Shown here piece by piece: positions 1 to 10,353 of a stretch of 63,246 bases of DNA. Under the pieces are notes generated by a model that did not search any database, was not told the origin of the DNA, and saw only the letters and a program-made list of their open reading frames with translations. The position numbers were made by a program, and so were the translations under genes. The DNA comes from an uncultured Oscillospiraceae bacterium. Its GTDB lineage: Bacteria > Bacillota > Clostridia > Saccharofermentanales > UBA5734. How positions within the stretch are numbered: the first letter of the stretch is position 1; each line of letters opens with the position of its first letter. The stretch is taken from contig CAZZGG010000003.1 in the NCBI GenBank assembly GCA_964654125.1, positions 1-63,246 of the forward strand, in the 5' to 3' direction.

Positions 1-43
1 GTCAGCTTGGGAAGCTGATGTTCTGCCACTGAACTACACCCGC
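1..43 (-). tRNA. tRNA-Gly (anticodon CCC), 5' part only; the 3' part lies outside the window
   Basis: Reverse complement of 1-43 reads GCGGGTG TA GTTC AGTGGCA GAAC A TCAGC TTCCCAA GCTGA. This gives a 7-bp acceptor arm, a D arm, a 5-bp anticodon stem and a 7-nt loop with U33 and CCC at positions 34-36. Confidence 0.85.
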
Positions 44-61
44 AAGTACAGTGCATTTCGT

Positions 62-90
62 ATTATAGCCAGCAGTGCCGGACCTGTCAA
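62..90 (-). promoter_or_regulatory. SigA/sigma-70-type promoter driving the tRNA-Gly gene
   Basis: The minus strand reads TTGACA (90-85), a 17-nt spacer, then TATAAT (67-62). The -10 element ends about 19 nt upstream of tRNA position 1. Confidence 0.7.
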
Positions 91-227
91 GGCATCATTT
101 TTTTGCCGTTGGTCGCCGTTGTTCAACATATCTAGCAGACCTTAGTGTGGTAGAGTAGCTAGGAAGCTTTCACTATGGTTAATGCTCACAAGGCAAGAAA
201 GGAAAGATTGAGATGATTTGGTAAAAA

Positions 228-1070
228 ATGCGCGAAGAAGAGTTTTTACCAGCTCTGCAAGAGTCTGGTGGTGTCTGTGTCATGCCAGTGGGTTCTTTGG
301 AAATGCATGGTCAGCATTTGCCGGTTGGCACGGATATCCTCAAGGCTGCTTATATTTTACATAAGGCAGCCCAGATGGAACCTGTTTGTATTTTCCCAGA
401 CTTCCCCTTTGGCGATGTCCTGGCTCACACAGCTCATCGCGGAGCAATCCGTCTCTCGGTTGAGCTGATCCAGCAGCTCCTGACTGAACTTTGTCAGGAA
501 ATTGCCCGCAATGGCTTTCGTAAAATAATCCTCTTCAACAGCCATGGTGGCAATATGGCGATTTTAAAGAACTTCATTAACAGTACCTTCCACAATAAAA
601 AAGATTATGTTGTAATGACTTTTTACAACAAGTTGGCCGGACCTGCTGATTTGCTGCAGCTTTTAGCTGATGAAGGCAGGTCAGCTCTGCCTGAGTTAAC
701 AGACGAGGATATCGCTGTTTTGCATGATTATGTGGACCAGAAAAAAACAGGTGGTCATGCCTGTTTTGCTGAAACGGCGAGTATGCTGGGATCCATGCCT
801 GAGCTGGTTCGGCTGGACAGGATCCAGGCAGTGGATGGCCTATCGACCGGGCAAGCCGATTTTTTGAGCAATTTGGCTGTGGAAGGTAACTTCTGGAGTG
901 TCAACCACCCCAATAACTACGCTGGCCACGCACCGCTTGGCTGCAATGAAAGGATCGGGCGCTGCACAGTCAGGTTAATGACAGAGAACCTGGTCCAGGT
1001 CCTACGCACAGTAAAAAATAGTGATGAGATGCTGGACTGGAACGAAAAACGCAACCAGGCCTGGCTCTAA
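228..1070 (+). CDS. creatininase-family amidohydrolase
   Basis: 280-aa ORF. The N-terminal motif GSLEMHGQHLPVGTD matches the creatininase-family signature (GS-E-HG-HLP-GTD). Confidence 0.7.
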   Translation: MREEEFLPALQESGGVCVMPVGSLEMHGQHLPVGTDILKAAYILHKAAQMEPVCIFPDFPFGDVLAHTAHRGAIRLSVELIQQLLTELCQEIARNGFRKIILFNSHGGNMAILKNFINSTFHNKKDYVVMTFYNKLAGPADLLQLLADEGRSALPELTDEDIAVLHDYVDQKKTGGHACFAETASMLGSMPELVRLDRIQAVDGLSTGQADFLSNLAVEGNFWSVNHPNNYAGHAPLGCNERIGRCTVRLMTENLVQVLRTVKNSDEMLDWNEKRNQAWL

Positions 1071-1083
1071 TTGGGGAATCTTT

Positions 1084-2082
1084 CTACTGCTGCTTGAGGC
1101 GGCTTTCCGCTTCAGTCTGGTCCCAAATCTCCCACCAGCCCTTGGCTTTGGGCCAGAGAAAGACCTGCCCCTTGATCAGGCGGTTGTTACGGTCGGCTTG
1201 GGCCAGGGCGGCCATTTCCGCTTGGCTGAGTGGGCAGCTGTCCAGAACTGACAGATTGGCCTGGAGCTGTTCCGGCTTGACAGCGAAGGGGAGAGGAATC
1301 TGGCCGCGCTGGACTGCCCACTTCAGGCAGACCTGAGCCGGATGCCACTGTCTGGCCAGGGCAATTTCTTTGACAATAGGCAGTGTAAAGTCACTTAAGT
1401 CAGCATCGGTCCGATCACGCTCCGGCCGGGAAGGCGAACCTAAAGGTGAAAAAGCCAGGGGCTGGATGCCCTGTTCCAGACAGAAGGAGAAAAGCTCTGG
1501 CTGCTGCAGGCTGGGATGCAGCTCCATCTCATTGGCAGCTGGCCTGACCTGGCAGTCTTTAAGCAATTGCTTCAGCTTTATCAGTGTCATGTTCGAAGTG
1601 CCGATCTGGCGCACCAGGCCTTTTTGCTGGAGCTTTTCCAGCTCCTGCCAGGTCTCCATATATTGAGTGTGGCTGTAAGGGCGGGCCAGCGGATTTTGAA
1701 AATCAGGTGCAGCACCCTGGGGGTGATAGTTGCGCAGGGGCCAGTGGATCAGGTACAGATCCAGGTAATCAAGCTGCAGGTCCTGAAGCGTTTTAAAAAG
1801 GGAAGCCCGCACATCCTGGGGAGCATGGCTGTCATTCCAGAGCTTGGAAATGATGAAAAGCTCTGACCGGGCCAGACCTTTTTGCATGGCCTGGGCCAGG
1901 ACCGGGCCAATCTGGGCCTCATTGCCATAAACCGAGGCGCAATCAATCAGGCGGTAGCCCATGACTAGAGCTGTTTTCACGGCCTGGGCAATGGTCTGGC
2001 CATCATAACGGTCAGAGCCGAAAGTGCCTAGACCCAGGCTGGGCATAGACTGACCCGTGCTCAATAATCTTTGCTTGATCAT
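1084..2082 (-). CDS. aldo/keto reductase
   Basis: 332-aa ORF with LGLGTFG, IDCASVYGNE, SKLWN and DYLDLYLIHWP motifs typical of the AKR superfamily. Confidence 0.85.
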   Translation of the reverse strand: MIKQRLLSTGQSMPSLGLGTFGSDRYDGQTIAQAVKTALVMGYRLIDCASVYGNEAQIGPVLAQAMQKGLARSELFIISKLWNDSHAPQDVRASLFKTLQDLQLDYLDLYLIHWPLRNYHPQGAAPDFQNPLARPYSHTQYMETWQELEKLQQKGLVRQIGTSNMTLIKLKQLLKDCQVRPAANEMELHPSLQQPELFSFCLEQGIQPLAFSPLGSPSRPERDRTDADLSDFTLPIVKEIALARQWHPAQVCLKWAVQRGQIPLPFAVKPEQLQANLSVLDSCPLSQAEMAALAQADRNNRLIKGQVFLWPKAKGWWEIWDQTEAESRLKQQ

Positions 2083-2293
2083 TAAAAATCACCCGCCCAT
2101 CTATTTATTGTACACAAAAATTATAGCACAGCTGGATGCTAGAGTATCTAAAAAACACAAGAAATCTAAAGCTAGCAGTCAACAAAATATTTGCTTCTAG
2201 CAGTTTTCCAGTTATGATGAAAGCAGAGCCAGTTTTATTTTGTCCTTGGGGTGTGTTTTTCCTTCACCTCTATTAAGTTTGGGAGGTAATTTG

Positions 2294-2965
2294 ATGCGTC
2301 AGCTGCAAAAAAGATCCCTCGTCCAGAACCATTGGCCTTTGTTCTTATTGTCTGCCAGCATGATCGCTTATGGGACACTGACCTTTTTTTACAACCGCTA
2401 CCTGGGCCGGGCTTACCGGCTGGGTCAGATCACGATTGGCCGCTACCAGAGCCAGCTGGCTGATTTTACCTATTACAGTGGACTAGCCGCCAGCCTGCTC
2501 CTGCTGCTGCTGGCAGCCTGGTGCTTTGCTCTTAGCCAGGGCAGTGTGCGGACCGCCTTTGCCTTCATGCTGCCGGCCAGTTTTGGTCCTCTGCTGACAG
2601 CCCAGGCCTCCCGGCTTCTCTTTGAGGTCCTGGGTCTGCCGACCATGGGAGCAGGCAGTGTCCTGGCAGCCACCTTTGCTGCCTTGGTCTTCACCCTGCC
2701 CATGATTATTGTTTTTATTATTTTAGCCAGTGGCCGTAAAAACCCCCGGGCTGCCCGCTGGCTGGCCTTACTGGCTGTTTTTATCACACTGGCTGCCATG
2801 ATCTATCCGCTTTATGTGACTGTGCTGGCCCTTTTAATCATGCCTGGCTCTCCCGGACTGGCAGTACACCTGACAGCCAGCAGCTATCTGCTTTACCTGC
2901 GTTTTGTCCTGCCCGGGCTCTGCCTTGGCCTGATTGGCCTAACCAGCCGGTCCGCACAATACTGA
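2294..2965 (+). CDS. polytopic membrane protein of unknown function
   Basis: Several hydrophobic segments. I prefer ATG 2294, which follows GGGAGG by 7 nt, over the track's TTG at 2240. No family recognised. Confidence 0.5.
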   Translation: MRQLQKRSLVQNHWPLFLLSASMIAYGTLTFFYNRYLGRAYRLGQITIGRYQSQLADFTYYSGLAASLLLLLLAAWCFALSQGSVRTAFAFMLPASFGPLLTAQASRLLFEVLGLPTMGAGSVLAATFAALVFTLPMIIVFIILASGRKNPRAARWLALLAVFITLAAMIYPLYVTVLALLIMPGSPGLAVHLTASSYLLYLRFVLPGLCLGLIGLTSRSAQY

Positions 2966-2990
2966 CTCTCCCGACCCGATAAGGCCTGTC

Positions 2991-4745
2991 ATGATCAAAA
3001 CAAAACCATCAATCTTCATCACTTTGCTAGTGGCATTTTTACTGGTGATTTTGCCTTTATATTTGGCTGGCTTTTTTGTCTACAACTGGGGGGTTAAGCA
3101 GGTCAAGGATGAAATCAGCCAGTCCCTGCTCCTGCGCAACCGCTCTGTGCTCGATCTGCTGGAGCGGGAGATTTTTAATTTAGGCAACAATATAGCCAAT
3201 CTGCTCAACAGTTCAGACCTGCGCCTGCTGGCTGTTTCAGGCAGCTCCATGAGCCAGACCGAACGGATCTTTGCCATGCGCCAGGTCCAGGAAAGACTGC
3301 GCCTTTTCATGGTAAGCAGCTCTTTTGTGGCCAATGCCAGCCTGCATGTGCCAGCGATCAGGCGCAGCATCCATGTTTTGGGTGGGATTACGAACCTGGA
3401 TGATGACCACTGCCTGGAGCTGAACCAGGCTGCCCAGGCAGCAGCCGGCCAGATCAGGCAAAATGCAGACGAACTAGTTTTATACCTGGCCCACCCCCAG
3501 CAATTTCCCGGTCAAGCCCTGGCAGCAACCTATATGCTGGAGGTGAGTTTTAACCAAGCCGCTCTGGCCCGGACCCTGCACCTGGCTTCTGACAAGAGTC
3601 AGCTGGCTTTGTTCAGCAGCATGTCAGGTGATCTTTTGGCAGCAGCGGGGCCTGAATCTGGAGCTGCAGCCTATTTTCTGGACCAGGCTGGTCTGCTCGA
3701 AGGAGACTATTTTGCCAGAGTGGCTTATGCTGAGCAAGAATATCTGGTCACAATCAGCCGTCAGCCAGCCTCGCAGCTGGTCCTGGTCGGCTACACAGAC
3801 CAGGAACGGATCTTTTTGCCGCTCTTACGCTTCCGGCCCTTTTTCTGGCTTTTCACCTTGTTGGTGCTCGCCTTGGCTGCCTTATTTTTCATTCTGCTTT
3901 ACCGCCTCATCCACCGGCCCTTGCAAAGATTTTTAGCTGCCTTTGCCCAGCTGGAGCAAGGTGATTTTTCAGTCGGCATGCAGCATCTGCATCAGGATGA
4001 ATTTCAAAAGCTCTCTTTGAGCTTTAACAGGATGGTCAGGGAACTTAGCCAGCTGGTCGATCAAGTTTACAAGCAAAAAATCTATGCCCAGCAGGCTGAG
4101 CTGAAACAATTGCAATCACAGATCAGCCCGCACTTTTTGTATAACAGCTTTTTTGTCCTGCAGGATATGGCAGATAATAATGATGCTGAAAGCATGTCTG
4201 TTTATGCCGGCCTGATGGGTCGTTACTTTCGCTATATCACGCGCAAGCAGAACACAGACGCCAGCTTACAGGAAGAATATGATCATGCCTGTAATTATGC
4301 TCAGTTGCAGGCACGGCGCTTTCGCAACAGAATTAAGCTGCAACTGGCCGACTTGCCAAGCGGGCTGGCTGACTGCCTGGTGCCCCGCCTGATCCTGCAG
4401 CCTGTTTTGGAAAATGCCTTTGAGCATGGCTTGAAAAATAAAGTCGCTGACGGCCTGATCCGGCTGACTATCAGCCAGGCTGGCGAACAGGTGCTGCTCA
4501 GGATCAGTGATAACGGCTCTGAAATGACAGAAGAAAAGCTGGCTGATCTGCGGCTTGCTTTAACAGCTCCTGCTGCCAATCTGGAAACCACCGGCCTTAG
4601 CAATGTTCACCGGCGCCTGCAATTGCGCTTTGGTGAAAAATGCGGCCTTGAGCTGGCCCTGACTGAAGGCGGCGGTTTAACAGTCTGTTTATTAATACAG
4701 CTAGAAAAGGCGGGTGATCTTCCTGTACAGGCTCTTGATAGTTGA
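2991..4745 (+). CDS. sensor histidine kinase, YesM/LytS type (two TM segments, HAMP, His_kinase, HATPase)
   Basis: 584 aa. N-terminal TM segment, second TM around FFWLFTLLVLALAALFFILLY, a HAMP-like segment, the phospho-His motif ISPHFLYNSF, and a C-terminal ATPase region. Confidence 0.85.
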   Translation: MIKTKPSIFITLLVAFLLVILPLYLAGFFVYNWGVKQVKDEISQSLLLRNRSVLDLLEREIFNLGNNIANLLNSSDLRLLAVSGSSMSQTERIFAMRQVQERLRLFMVSSSFVANASLHVPAIRRSIHVLGGITNLDDDHCLELNQAAQAAAGQIRQNADELVLYLAHPQQFPGQALAATYMLEVSFNQAALARTLHLASDKSQLALFSSMSGDLLAAAGPESGAAAYFLDQAGLLEGDYFARVAYAEQEYLVTISRQPASQLVLVGYTDQERIFLPLLRFRPFFWLFTLLVLALAALFFILLYRLIHRPLQRFLAAFAQLEQGDFSVGMQHLHQDEFQKLSLSFNRMVRELSQLVDQVYKQKIYAQQAELKQLQSQISPHFLYNSFFVLQDMADNNDAESMSVYAGLMGRYFRYITRKQNTDASLQEEYDHACNYAQLQARRFRNRIKLQLADLPSGLADCLVPRLILQPVLENAFEHGLKNKVADGLIRLTISQAGEQVLLRISDNGSEMTEEKLADLRLALTAPAANLETTGLSNVHRRLQLRFGEKCGLELALTEGGGLTVCLLIQLEKAGDLPVQALDS

Positions 4746-6060
4746 TGATGAACCGGATGTGCTGGCTGCTCTGGTCAGTTACTTTATCGAACAGGATGGC
4801 TTGGATGTCCTGGCAGCTGATTCAGCTGTCAAAGCGATTGATATTCTTGATGCAGAAAGAATTGATATCCTGCTCAGTGACATCAACATGCCTGGCGTGG
4901 ATGGTCTTGAATTGCTGCGTCATGTCCAGGCCAACTGGTCTGACTGCCGCACCATCTTCCTGACCGGATTTGCTGAATTCGATTATATCTACCAGGCTAA
5001 TGAGCTGGGGGCTGCAGGATTTTTACTAAAAACAGAAGGCAAGGAGAAGATTGTAGCTGCAGTTTGGGCTGAAGTTCAAAATATAAGGGCTGGCCAGCCA
5101 GCGGCCGCTCTGCCCGCTGCGGCAAGGCAGTCTTATATTCAAAGAGCCTTCTTGCTGCGCGAAACAGTGGCCACCTTGCTGGCGGAAGGCCAAAATTCAC
5201 AACTGACCAGTTTACTGGCGCAGCTTTGTCCAGCTCTCAATCTTACTCAGCCTTTTATGCTGGCAGCCTGCCAGATCGGCCGCCAGGGCAGACCGGATAT
5301 AACTGTCAAGGCTGATTTTCTGCATGGCCTAGAAAACCTGGCCTGGCGCTATCTGGGCGGCCATTTCACCTTGCTGCTGGCCGAAAAAGAGCACTGGCAA
5401 CTGCTTTTTTTACTCCAACCCCAGCTAGAGGGACCTGGCCGGGCCGCTGCTGGAGCGCTGGCCCGGGGCTGCTTTGAAAAGATTCAGGATATCTTGCTGG
5501 AGAACCAGACAGTCTATGCCTCGATTGCCATCCTGGATGAGCTGGTGCCACTGGCAGGGCTGGCAGCAGCCAGCTGCCAGCTTGCTCATTCCCTGGCCGG
5601 ATCCTTAGCTGACGGGGCAGGCATACAGCTGATCAGGAGCGGGCAGATCCAGCCAGGCCAGCCAGCAGATGAAAACCAGGCTGTGGTCCAGGTCCGGGCC
5701 ATGATTGATAAATCTTATGATCAGGCCTTGAGTCTAACTTGGCTGGCTGGCCAGGTCTACCTAAATCCATCCTATTTGTCACGGCTTTTCCGCCAACAGA
5801 TGGGCATGACCCTGGTTTCTTATCTTAACCAGGTGCGCCTTGAGCGGGCCTGTGAGCTGCTTTTGACCAGCAACATGAAAATCATTGATATAGCTGCAGC
5901 AACAGGTTTTGCCTCAGCATCTTATTTTAACCAGGCCTTCCGCAAGCAGCTAGGTCAGACCCCGGCTGAATTTCGGCAAAAAGCTAAAAAAGCGTCAAGT
6001 ATCATAAAGGGATGTCAAAAAAACAGGCTTGTTGAGCGGCCAGTCAGGCTTGATAATTAA
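4714..6060 (+). CDS. response regulator with AraC-type HTH output (YesN-like)
   Basis: The receiver motif LLIVDDEPD lies at the N-terminus and an AraC HTH at the C-terminus (YLSRLFRQQMGMT ... ASYFNQAFRKQLGQTPAEFR). Overlaps the kinase gene by 32 nt. Confidence 0.85.
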   Translation: MIFLYRLLIVDDEPDVLAALVSYFIEQDGLDVLAADSAVKAIDILDAERIDILLSDINMPGVDGLELLRHVQANWSDCRTIFLTGFAEFDYIYQANELGAAGFLLKTEGKEKIVAAVWAEVQNIRAGQPAAALPAAARQSYIQRAFLLRETVATLLAEGQNSQLTSLLAQLCPALNLTQPFMLAACQIGRQGRPDITVKADFLHGLENLAWRYLGGHFTLLLAEKEHWQLLFLLQPQLEGPGRAAAGALARGCFEKIQDILLENQTVYASIAILDELVPLAGLAAASCQLAHSLAGSLADGAGIQLIRSGQIQPGQPADENQAVVQVRAMIDKSYDQALSLTWLAGQVYLNPSYLSRLFRQQMGMTLVSYLNQVRLERACELLLTSNMKIIDIAAATGFASASYFNQAFRKQLGQTPAEFRQKAKKASSIIKGCQKNRLVERPVRLDN

Positions 6061-6129
6061 ATTGGACCTGTTCGACAAGGTGATGAGCAGATTCTAGCAA
6101 AAGTTTTGGCAAAACAGGAGGAGAAGGAT

Positions 6130-7809
6130 ATGGGCAAGTCTTTAGGCAAATTATTTGGCCTGTTTGTACTCTTTATAGCACTCAACCCGGTTATGACAGC
6201 TTGCTCGGCGCACACCACCAGCAGCCAGCCGCTAACGGCAGGTCCGGCGGTTGCTGAATTTGCCGGTCTGGAGCTTGTATTGCCCCAGGCCTATCAACCG
6301 CCACTTGAGCTTCAATCTGTGATTAGTGTCGATGCCACAGTTAAGTTTGCTGAAGGCGACGATATCTATAACAATGTCTGGACCAGGGCCTATGAGGAGC
6401 TTTTAGGCATCAAGCTGAGCTACCAGTGGGTTGTTGATGCCTCCCAGTATGAGCAAAAACTAAATGCCACTATTATGTCAGGAGAGATCCCGGACATCTT
6501 CCATGTCAACACCAGCCTGCTCAAACTGCTCCACGATAGTGAACTGATTTTCGACCTGACAGAGCTTTATGCGGAATATGCTTCCGAAAACACCAAGGAG
6601 ATCATGCTGCAGGATCCACTGGCTTTAAAGGCTGCCTCAATCGAGGGTAAGCTGATGGGTGTGCCTATGACTGATTCAGCGGTGGCTGCCGCTCAGCTGC
6701 TCTGGATCCGCCAGGACTGGCTGGATAAACTGGCTCTGGCCGGGCCTAGCACTATGGCTGATGTGCTGGAGATCTCCCGCCAGTTCACGGAAAACGATCC
6801 GGATGGCAATGGACAGGCTGATACAGTCGGGCTAGCCCTGACCAAGGGCCTCTGGGGTGCCATTGCAGGTCTACAAGGTTTTTTCAATGGCTATCATGCC
6901 TATCCCGGCATCTGGCTGGAAAAGGACGGCCAGCTGCAATATGGCTCAGTCCAGCCCCAGATGCGCGAGGGCCTGGCTGCCTTGCAAAAGATGTACCAGG
7001 CCGGCCAGATTGACCAGGAGTTCGGGGTCAAGGATATTAACAAAATCAATGAAAGCATTGCCAATAGCAAATGTGGCATGGAATATGGTGTCTGGTGGAA
7101 TCCCTACCAGCCCCTGCAGCTAAGCCAGCAAAATTATCCTGATGCCTACTGGACAGCTTTTGCCCTGCCTTCTGTGGATGGTCAGCCGGCCAAAAGCCAG
7201 TACCAGACTTCAGCCGGCTCTTTTATTGTGGCAGGCAAAGACTGCCGGCAGCCGGAGGCCCTGCTGCTGCTGGTCAACTTCTGGACTGACAACATTGTCA
7301 AAGCTGACAATCAGGTCATCCGTGATACTTTCCTCGGCACTATCGAAACACCTGATATTGTCTATTACAAATACATCATCACCCAGATTTGGGAACCTGA
7401 TGCCATGCTGCGGGGCGGTAAACTGTTGCGCCAGGCCCTAGCCCAGCGCAAGCCGGATCTTTTGAACCTGGACGAGCAATGGCGTTACCAGATCATCCTG
7501 GCCTATCTGGACCAGGGGATTAAGGAGGCTTGGGTGGAGGTGGCCACCTATGGTGAGGGGGGTGCTGTCTTCCTGCTGGAGGATGTGGCGGGCGGCGACA
7601 AGGGGATACTCAATCAGTTCTATGGTGCCCCGACACCCGTGATGGGCGATAAAATGGCCACGCTGAGGACCATGGAAGATGAGATGATCACCAAAATTAT
7701 CATGGGCGAATCTTTGGACAGTTTTGATAAGTTTGTCGCTGACTGGTATCAGCTGGGTGGCGCTGAGATAAGCGCTGAGGTCAACCAATGGAAAAGTCTC
7801 AACCCTTAA
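6130..7809 (+). CDS. large extracellular solute-binding lipoprotein (family 1, LplA-like)
   Basis: Signal peptide with lipobox VMTAC. About 560 aa. ATG 6130 follows AGGAGGAGAAGG. Followed by two ABC permease genes. Confidence 0.8.
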   Translation: MGKSLGKLFGLFVLFIALNPVMTACSAHTTSSQPLTAGPAVAEFAGLELVLPQAYQPPLELQSVISVDATVKFAEGDDIYNNVWTRAYEELLGIKLSYQWVVDASQYEQKLNATIMSGEIPDIFHVNTSLLKLLHDSELIFDLTELYAEYASENTKEIMLQDPLALKAASIEGKLMGVPMTDSAVAAAQLLWIRQDWLDKLALAGPSTMADVLEISRQFTENDPDGNGQADTVGLALTKGLWGAIAGLQGFFNGYHAYPGIWLEKDGQLQYGSVQPQMREGLAALQKMYQAGQIDQEFGVKDINKINESIANSKCGMEYGVWWNPYQPLQLSQQNYPDAYWTAFALPSVDGQPAKSQYQTSAGSFIVAGKDCRQPEALLLLVNFWTDNIVKADNQVIRDTFLGTIETPDIVYYKYIITQIWEPDAMLRGGKLLRQALAQRKPDLLNLDEQWRYQIILAYLDQGIKEAWVEVATYGEGGAVFLLEDVAGGDKGILNQFYGAPTPVMGDKMATLRTMEDEMITKIIMGESLDSFDKFVADWYQLGGAEISAEVNQWKSLNP

Positions 7810-8699
7810 AAAAACTGCGCCGCGAAGCGCCACTTTATCTGATGCTGGCAGGTCCAGTAGTTCTGGTTCTGGTCTATTCCTATGGACCAATGCTGGGTCT
7901 AGTGATCGCTTTCCAAAGATTTTTGCCAGGCAAGGGTCTGTTTGGTTCACCCTGGATTGGCCTGGACAATTTCCGTTTCATGCTGCAACTGCCGACCATC
8001 GGCCAGGTGGTCTGGAACACGGTCTTTATTGCCGGCATGAAGCTGCTGGCGGGAATCCTGGTCCCGGTGACAGTGGCCCTGTTGCTGAACGAAGTTGGCA
8101 GTAAAGCTTTTAAAAGGTCAGTCCAGACCATTATTTACCTGCCACACTTTTTGTCCTGGGTTATCCTGGCCGGGATTTTCCTGGACATCCTTTCACCCTC
8201 GGAGGGGGTTGTCAACAGGTTGCTGGGCCAGCTTGGTTTGGGTCCTGTCTTTTTTTTAGGCGATGAGAGGACCTTCCCCTTCACTCTGGTCGTGACAGAT
8301 GTTTGGAAATCTTTTGGCTTTGGCACCATCGTTTACCTGGCTGCTTTGACCGGCATTGATCCTACGCTTTATGAAGCCGCTCTGGCAGATGGTGCCGGGC
8401 GCTGGCGGCGTATCTACCATATCACCTTGCCCGGGATCAGCAGCACGGTAATTTTACTGGCAACTCTCAGCCTGGGCAATATTCTGAACGCCGGTTTTGA
8501 TCAGGTCTTTAACCTTTATGGCCCACTTGTCTATAAAACTGGCGATATTATTGATACGCTGGTTTACCGCACAGGTCTGGTTAATAACCAGTATGGTATT
8601 GCTACGGCAATGGGTCTTTTTAAGTCACTGGTGGCCTTGCTCCTGATCGGGCTTTCCTACAAGATTGCCCAAAAAGCGGCAGACTACAATATCTTTTAG
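7788..8699 (+). CDS. carbohydrate ABC transporter permease (LplB/YteP-like)
   Basis: 303 aa, multi-TM, with the EAA-loop-like segment YEAALADGAGRWRRIYHITLP. Confidence 0.85.
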   Translation: MEKSQPLKKLRREAPLYLMLAGPVVLVLVYSYGPMLGLVIAFQRFLPGKGLFGSPWIGLDNFRFMLQLPTIGQVVWNTVFIAGMKLLAGILVPVTVALLLNEVGSKAFKRSVQTIIYLPHFLSWVILAGIFLDILSPSEGVVNRLLGQLGLGPVFFLGDERTFPFTLVVTDVWKSFGFGTIVYLAALTGIDPTLYEAALADGAGRWRRIYHITLPGISSTVILLATLSLGNILNAGFDQVFNLYGPLVYKTGDIIDTLVYRTGLVNNQYGIATAMGLFKSLVALLLIGLSYKIAQKAADYNIF

Positions 8700-8707
8700 G
8701 TGATGAG

Positions 8708-9592
8708 ATGATCCGGAAAAATATCTGTAAAGGGTTCTTGTTCAAGGCTGTCAACTACAGCAGCCTGGCTCTGCTGGCAGCGCTTTGCGCTTTCCCGCTC
8801 ATCCATGTGCTGGCCTTATCGCTTTCCAGCAGCACAGCTGCAGCCAGTGGCAAGGTCACTTTGTGGCCGGTTGATCTTTCTTTTTCCTCTTATATATTTG
8901 TCACCGCCACACCTGCCTTTGGCAGATCATTCCTGGTTTCGGTGCAAAGGGTTCTTTTAGGCGCACCGCTCAATATGCTCTTGACAATCCTGGTTGCCTA
9001 TCCCCTGGCCAGGGAGAAGAAACAGTTCCGGGCCCGCAATTTCTTTGCCTGGTTTTTCCTTTTGACCATTCTTTTTTCCGGCGGCCTGATTCCCTGGTAC
9101 ATGGTGATCCAGCAAACAGGCTTGATTGACAGCATCTGGGCCCTGATCCTGCCGGCTGCAGTGCCGGTCTTCAATGTTATCTTGTTGCTCAATTTTTTCC
9201 GCAATGTGCCCAGAGAACTGGAAGAAGCAGCTTATATGGATGGGGCCGGCCACTGGACCCTGCTGGGCCGGATCTATCTGCCTGTTTCTGTCCCAGCCCT
9301 GGCTACAGTGACACTTTTTGTGATTGTTGGTCATTGGAATTCCTGGTTTGACGGCCTGATCCTGATGAACTCACCAGCAGGTTACCCACTGCAAAGTTAT
9401 TTGCAGACAATTATTATCAATCCTGACCCTAAGCTGCTGACAGAAAGAGATCTGGAGATCTTGAAGCTGGTCAATGACAAGACAAAAAATGCCGCCCAGA
9501 TCTTTATCGCCATCCTGCCAATTTTGGCTGTGTATCCCTTCTTACAACGTTATTTTACGACTGGAATAACCCTAGGTTCAGTGAAAGGATGA
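8708..9592 (+). CDS. carbohydrate ABC transporter permease (LplC/YtcP-like)
   Basis: 294 aa, multi-TM, with the EAA loop EEAAYMDGAGHWTLLGRIYLP. Confidence 0.85.
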   Translation: MIRKNICKGFLFKAVNYSSLALLAALCAFPLIHVLALSLSSSTAAASGKVTLWPVDLSFSSYIFVTATPAFGRSFLVSVQRVLLGAPLNMLLTILVAYPLAREKKQFRARNFFAWFFLLTILFSGGLIPWYMVIQQTGLIDSIWALILPAAVPVFNVILLLNFFRNVPRELEEAAYMDGAGHWTLLGRIYLPVSVPALATVTLFVIVGHWNSWFDGLILMNSPAGYPLQSYLQTIIINPDPKLLTERDLEILKLVNDKTKNAAQIFIAILPILAVYPFLQRYFTTGITLGSVKG

Positions 9593-9598
9593 TTTTTG

Positions 9599-10351
9599 AT
9601 GGATATTTTAGTTCGTTCAGTGCTAAGAGCTGGTGCGCCGCTTCTAGAAATATGGCGCCAGGACCTGCCAGGTAAGCTGCCCCTGGTCTGGGTCCAGCAC
9701 GGTTATATGGGACGCAAGGAGTTTATCCTGCCCCAGGCCTACCTGATGGCAGCCAATGGGTTTTTTGTCATTGCCCCGGATGCTGCCGATCATGGTGACA
9801 GACAAAAAAGCCTGCCCCAGCTTTTTGCTTCCATCCGGGCCACAGCACTTGAGATCAATCAGGTCCTGGCCATGTATGAAACAGATGCGCGGACTGATGT
9901 TAAGCAGGCAGGTTATATTGGCTATTCCATGGGTGGTATGATTGCCTTTTATTATTTGACCTTGCCCCAGGTCCTCTTCAAGGCCCTTTGCCCGGTGATT
10001 GCCACGCCTGATTTTGCGGCAGTGGCGGCTGCAGAGGAAACAAAACTGGCCTTTTCCCAATCCGGCTTAGGAACTGAAGCAGATTATGCAGAGCAGCTGG
10101 CAGCAGCTAAGGCTGACAATCCAGCTGATAAGCAGTTACCTGTTATTCCCTTGCTGATCCAGGCCGGAGCGGCTGATCCCCTGATCCCGCCCGCCAGCCT
10201 GACGCAGTTTTATGAGAAAGCAAGGCTGCTCTACCATGATGCAAATGATCTTCAGCTGCACATTTATCCCGGCCAGGGCCACGCTGACACAATTGAGATG
10301 AACCAAAAGGCAGTTGTGTTTTTGCAGCAGCATCTGGCTGGCGCTAACTAA
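9599..10351 (+). CDS. alpha/beta-hydrolase fold esterase
   Basis: Nucleophile elbow GYSMGG and C-terminal GQGHA. No signal peptide. ATG 9599 preferred over TTG 9596. Confidence 0.7.
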   Translation: MDILVRSVLRAGAPLLEIWRQDLPGKLPLVWVQHGYMGRKEFILPQAYLMAANGFFVIAPDAADHGDRQKSLPQLFASIRATALEINQVLAMYETDARTDVKQAGYIGYSMGGMIAFYYLTLPQVLFKALCPVIATPDFAAVAAAEETKLAFSQSGLGTEADYAEQLAAAKADNPADKQLPVIPLLIQAGAADPLIPPASLTQFYEKARLLYHDANDLQLHIYPGQGHADTIEMNQKAVVFLQQHLAGAN

Positions 10352-10353
10352 AG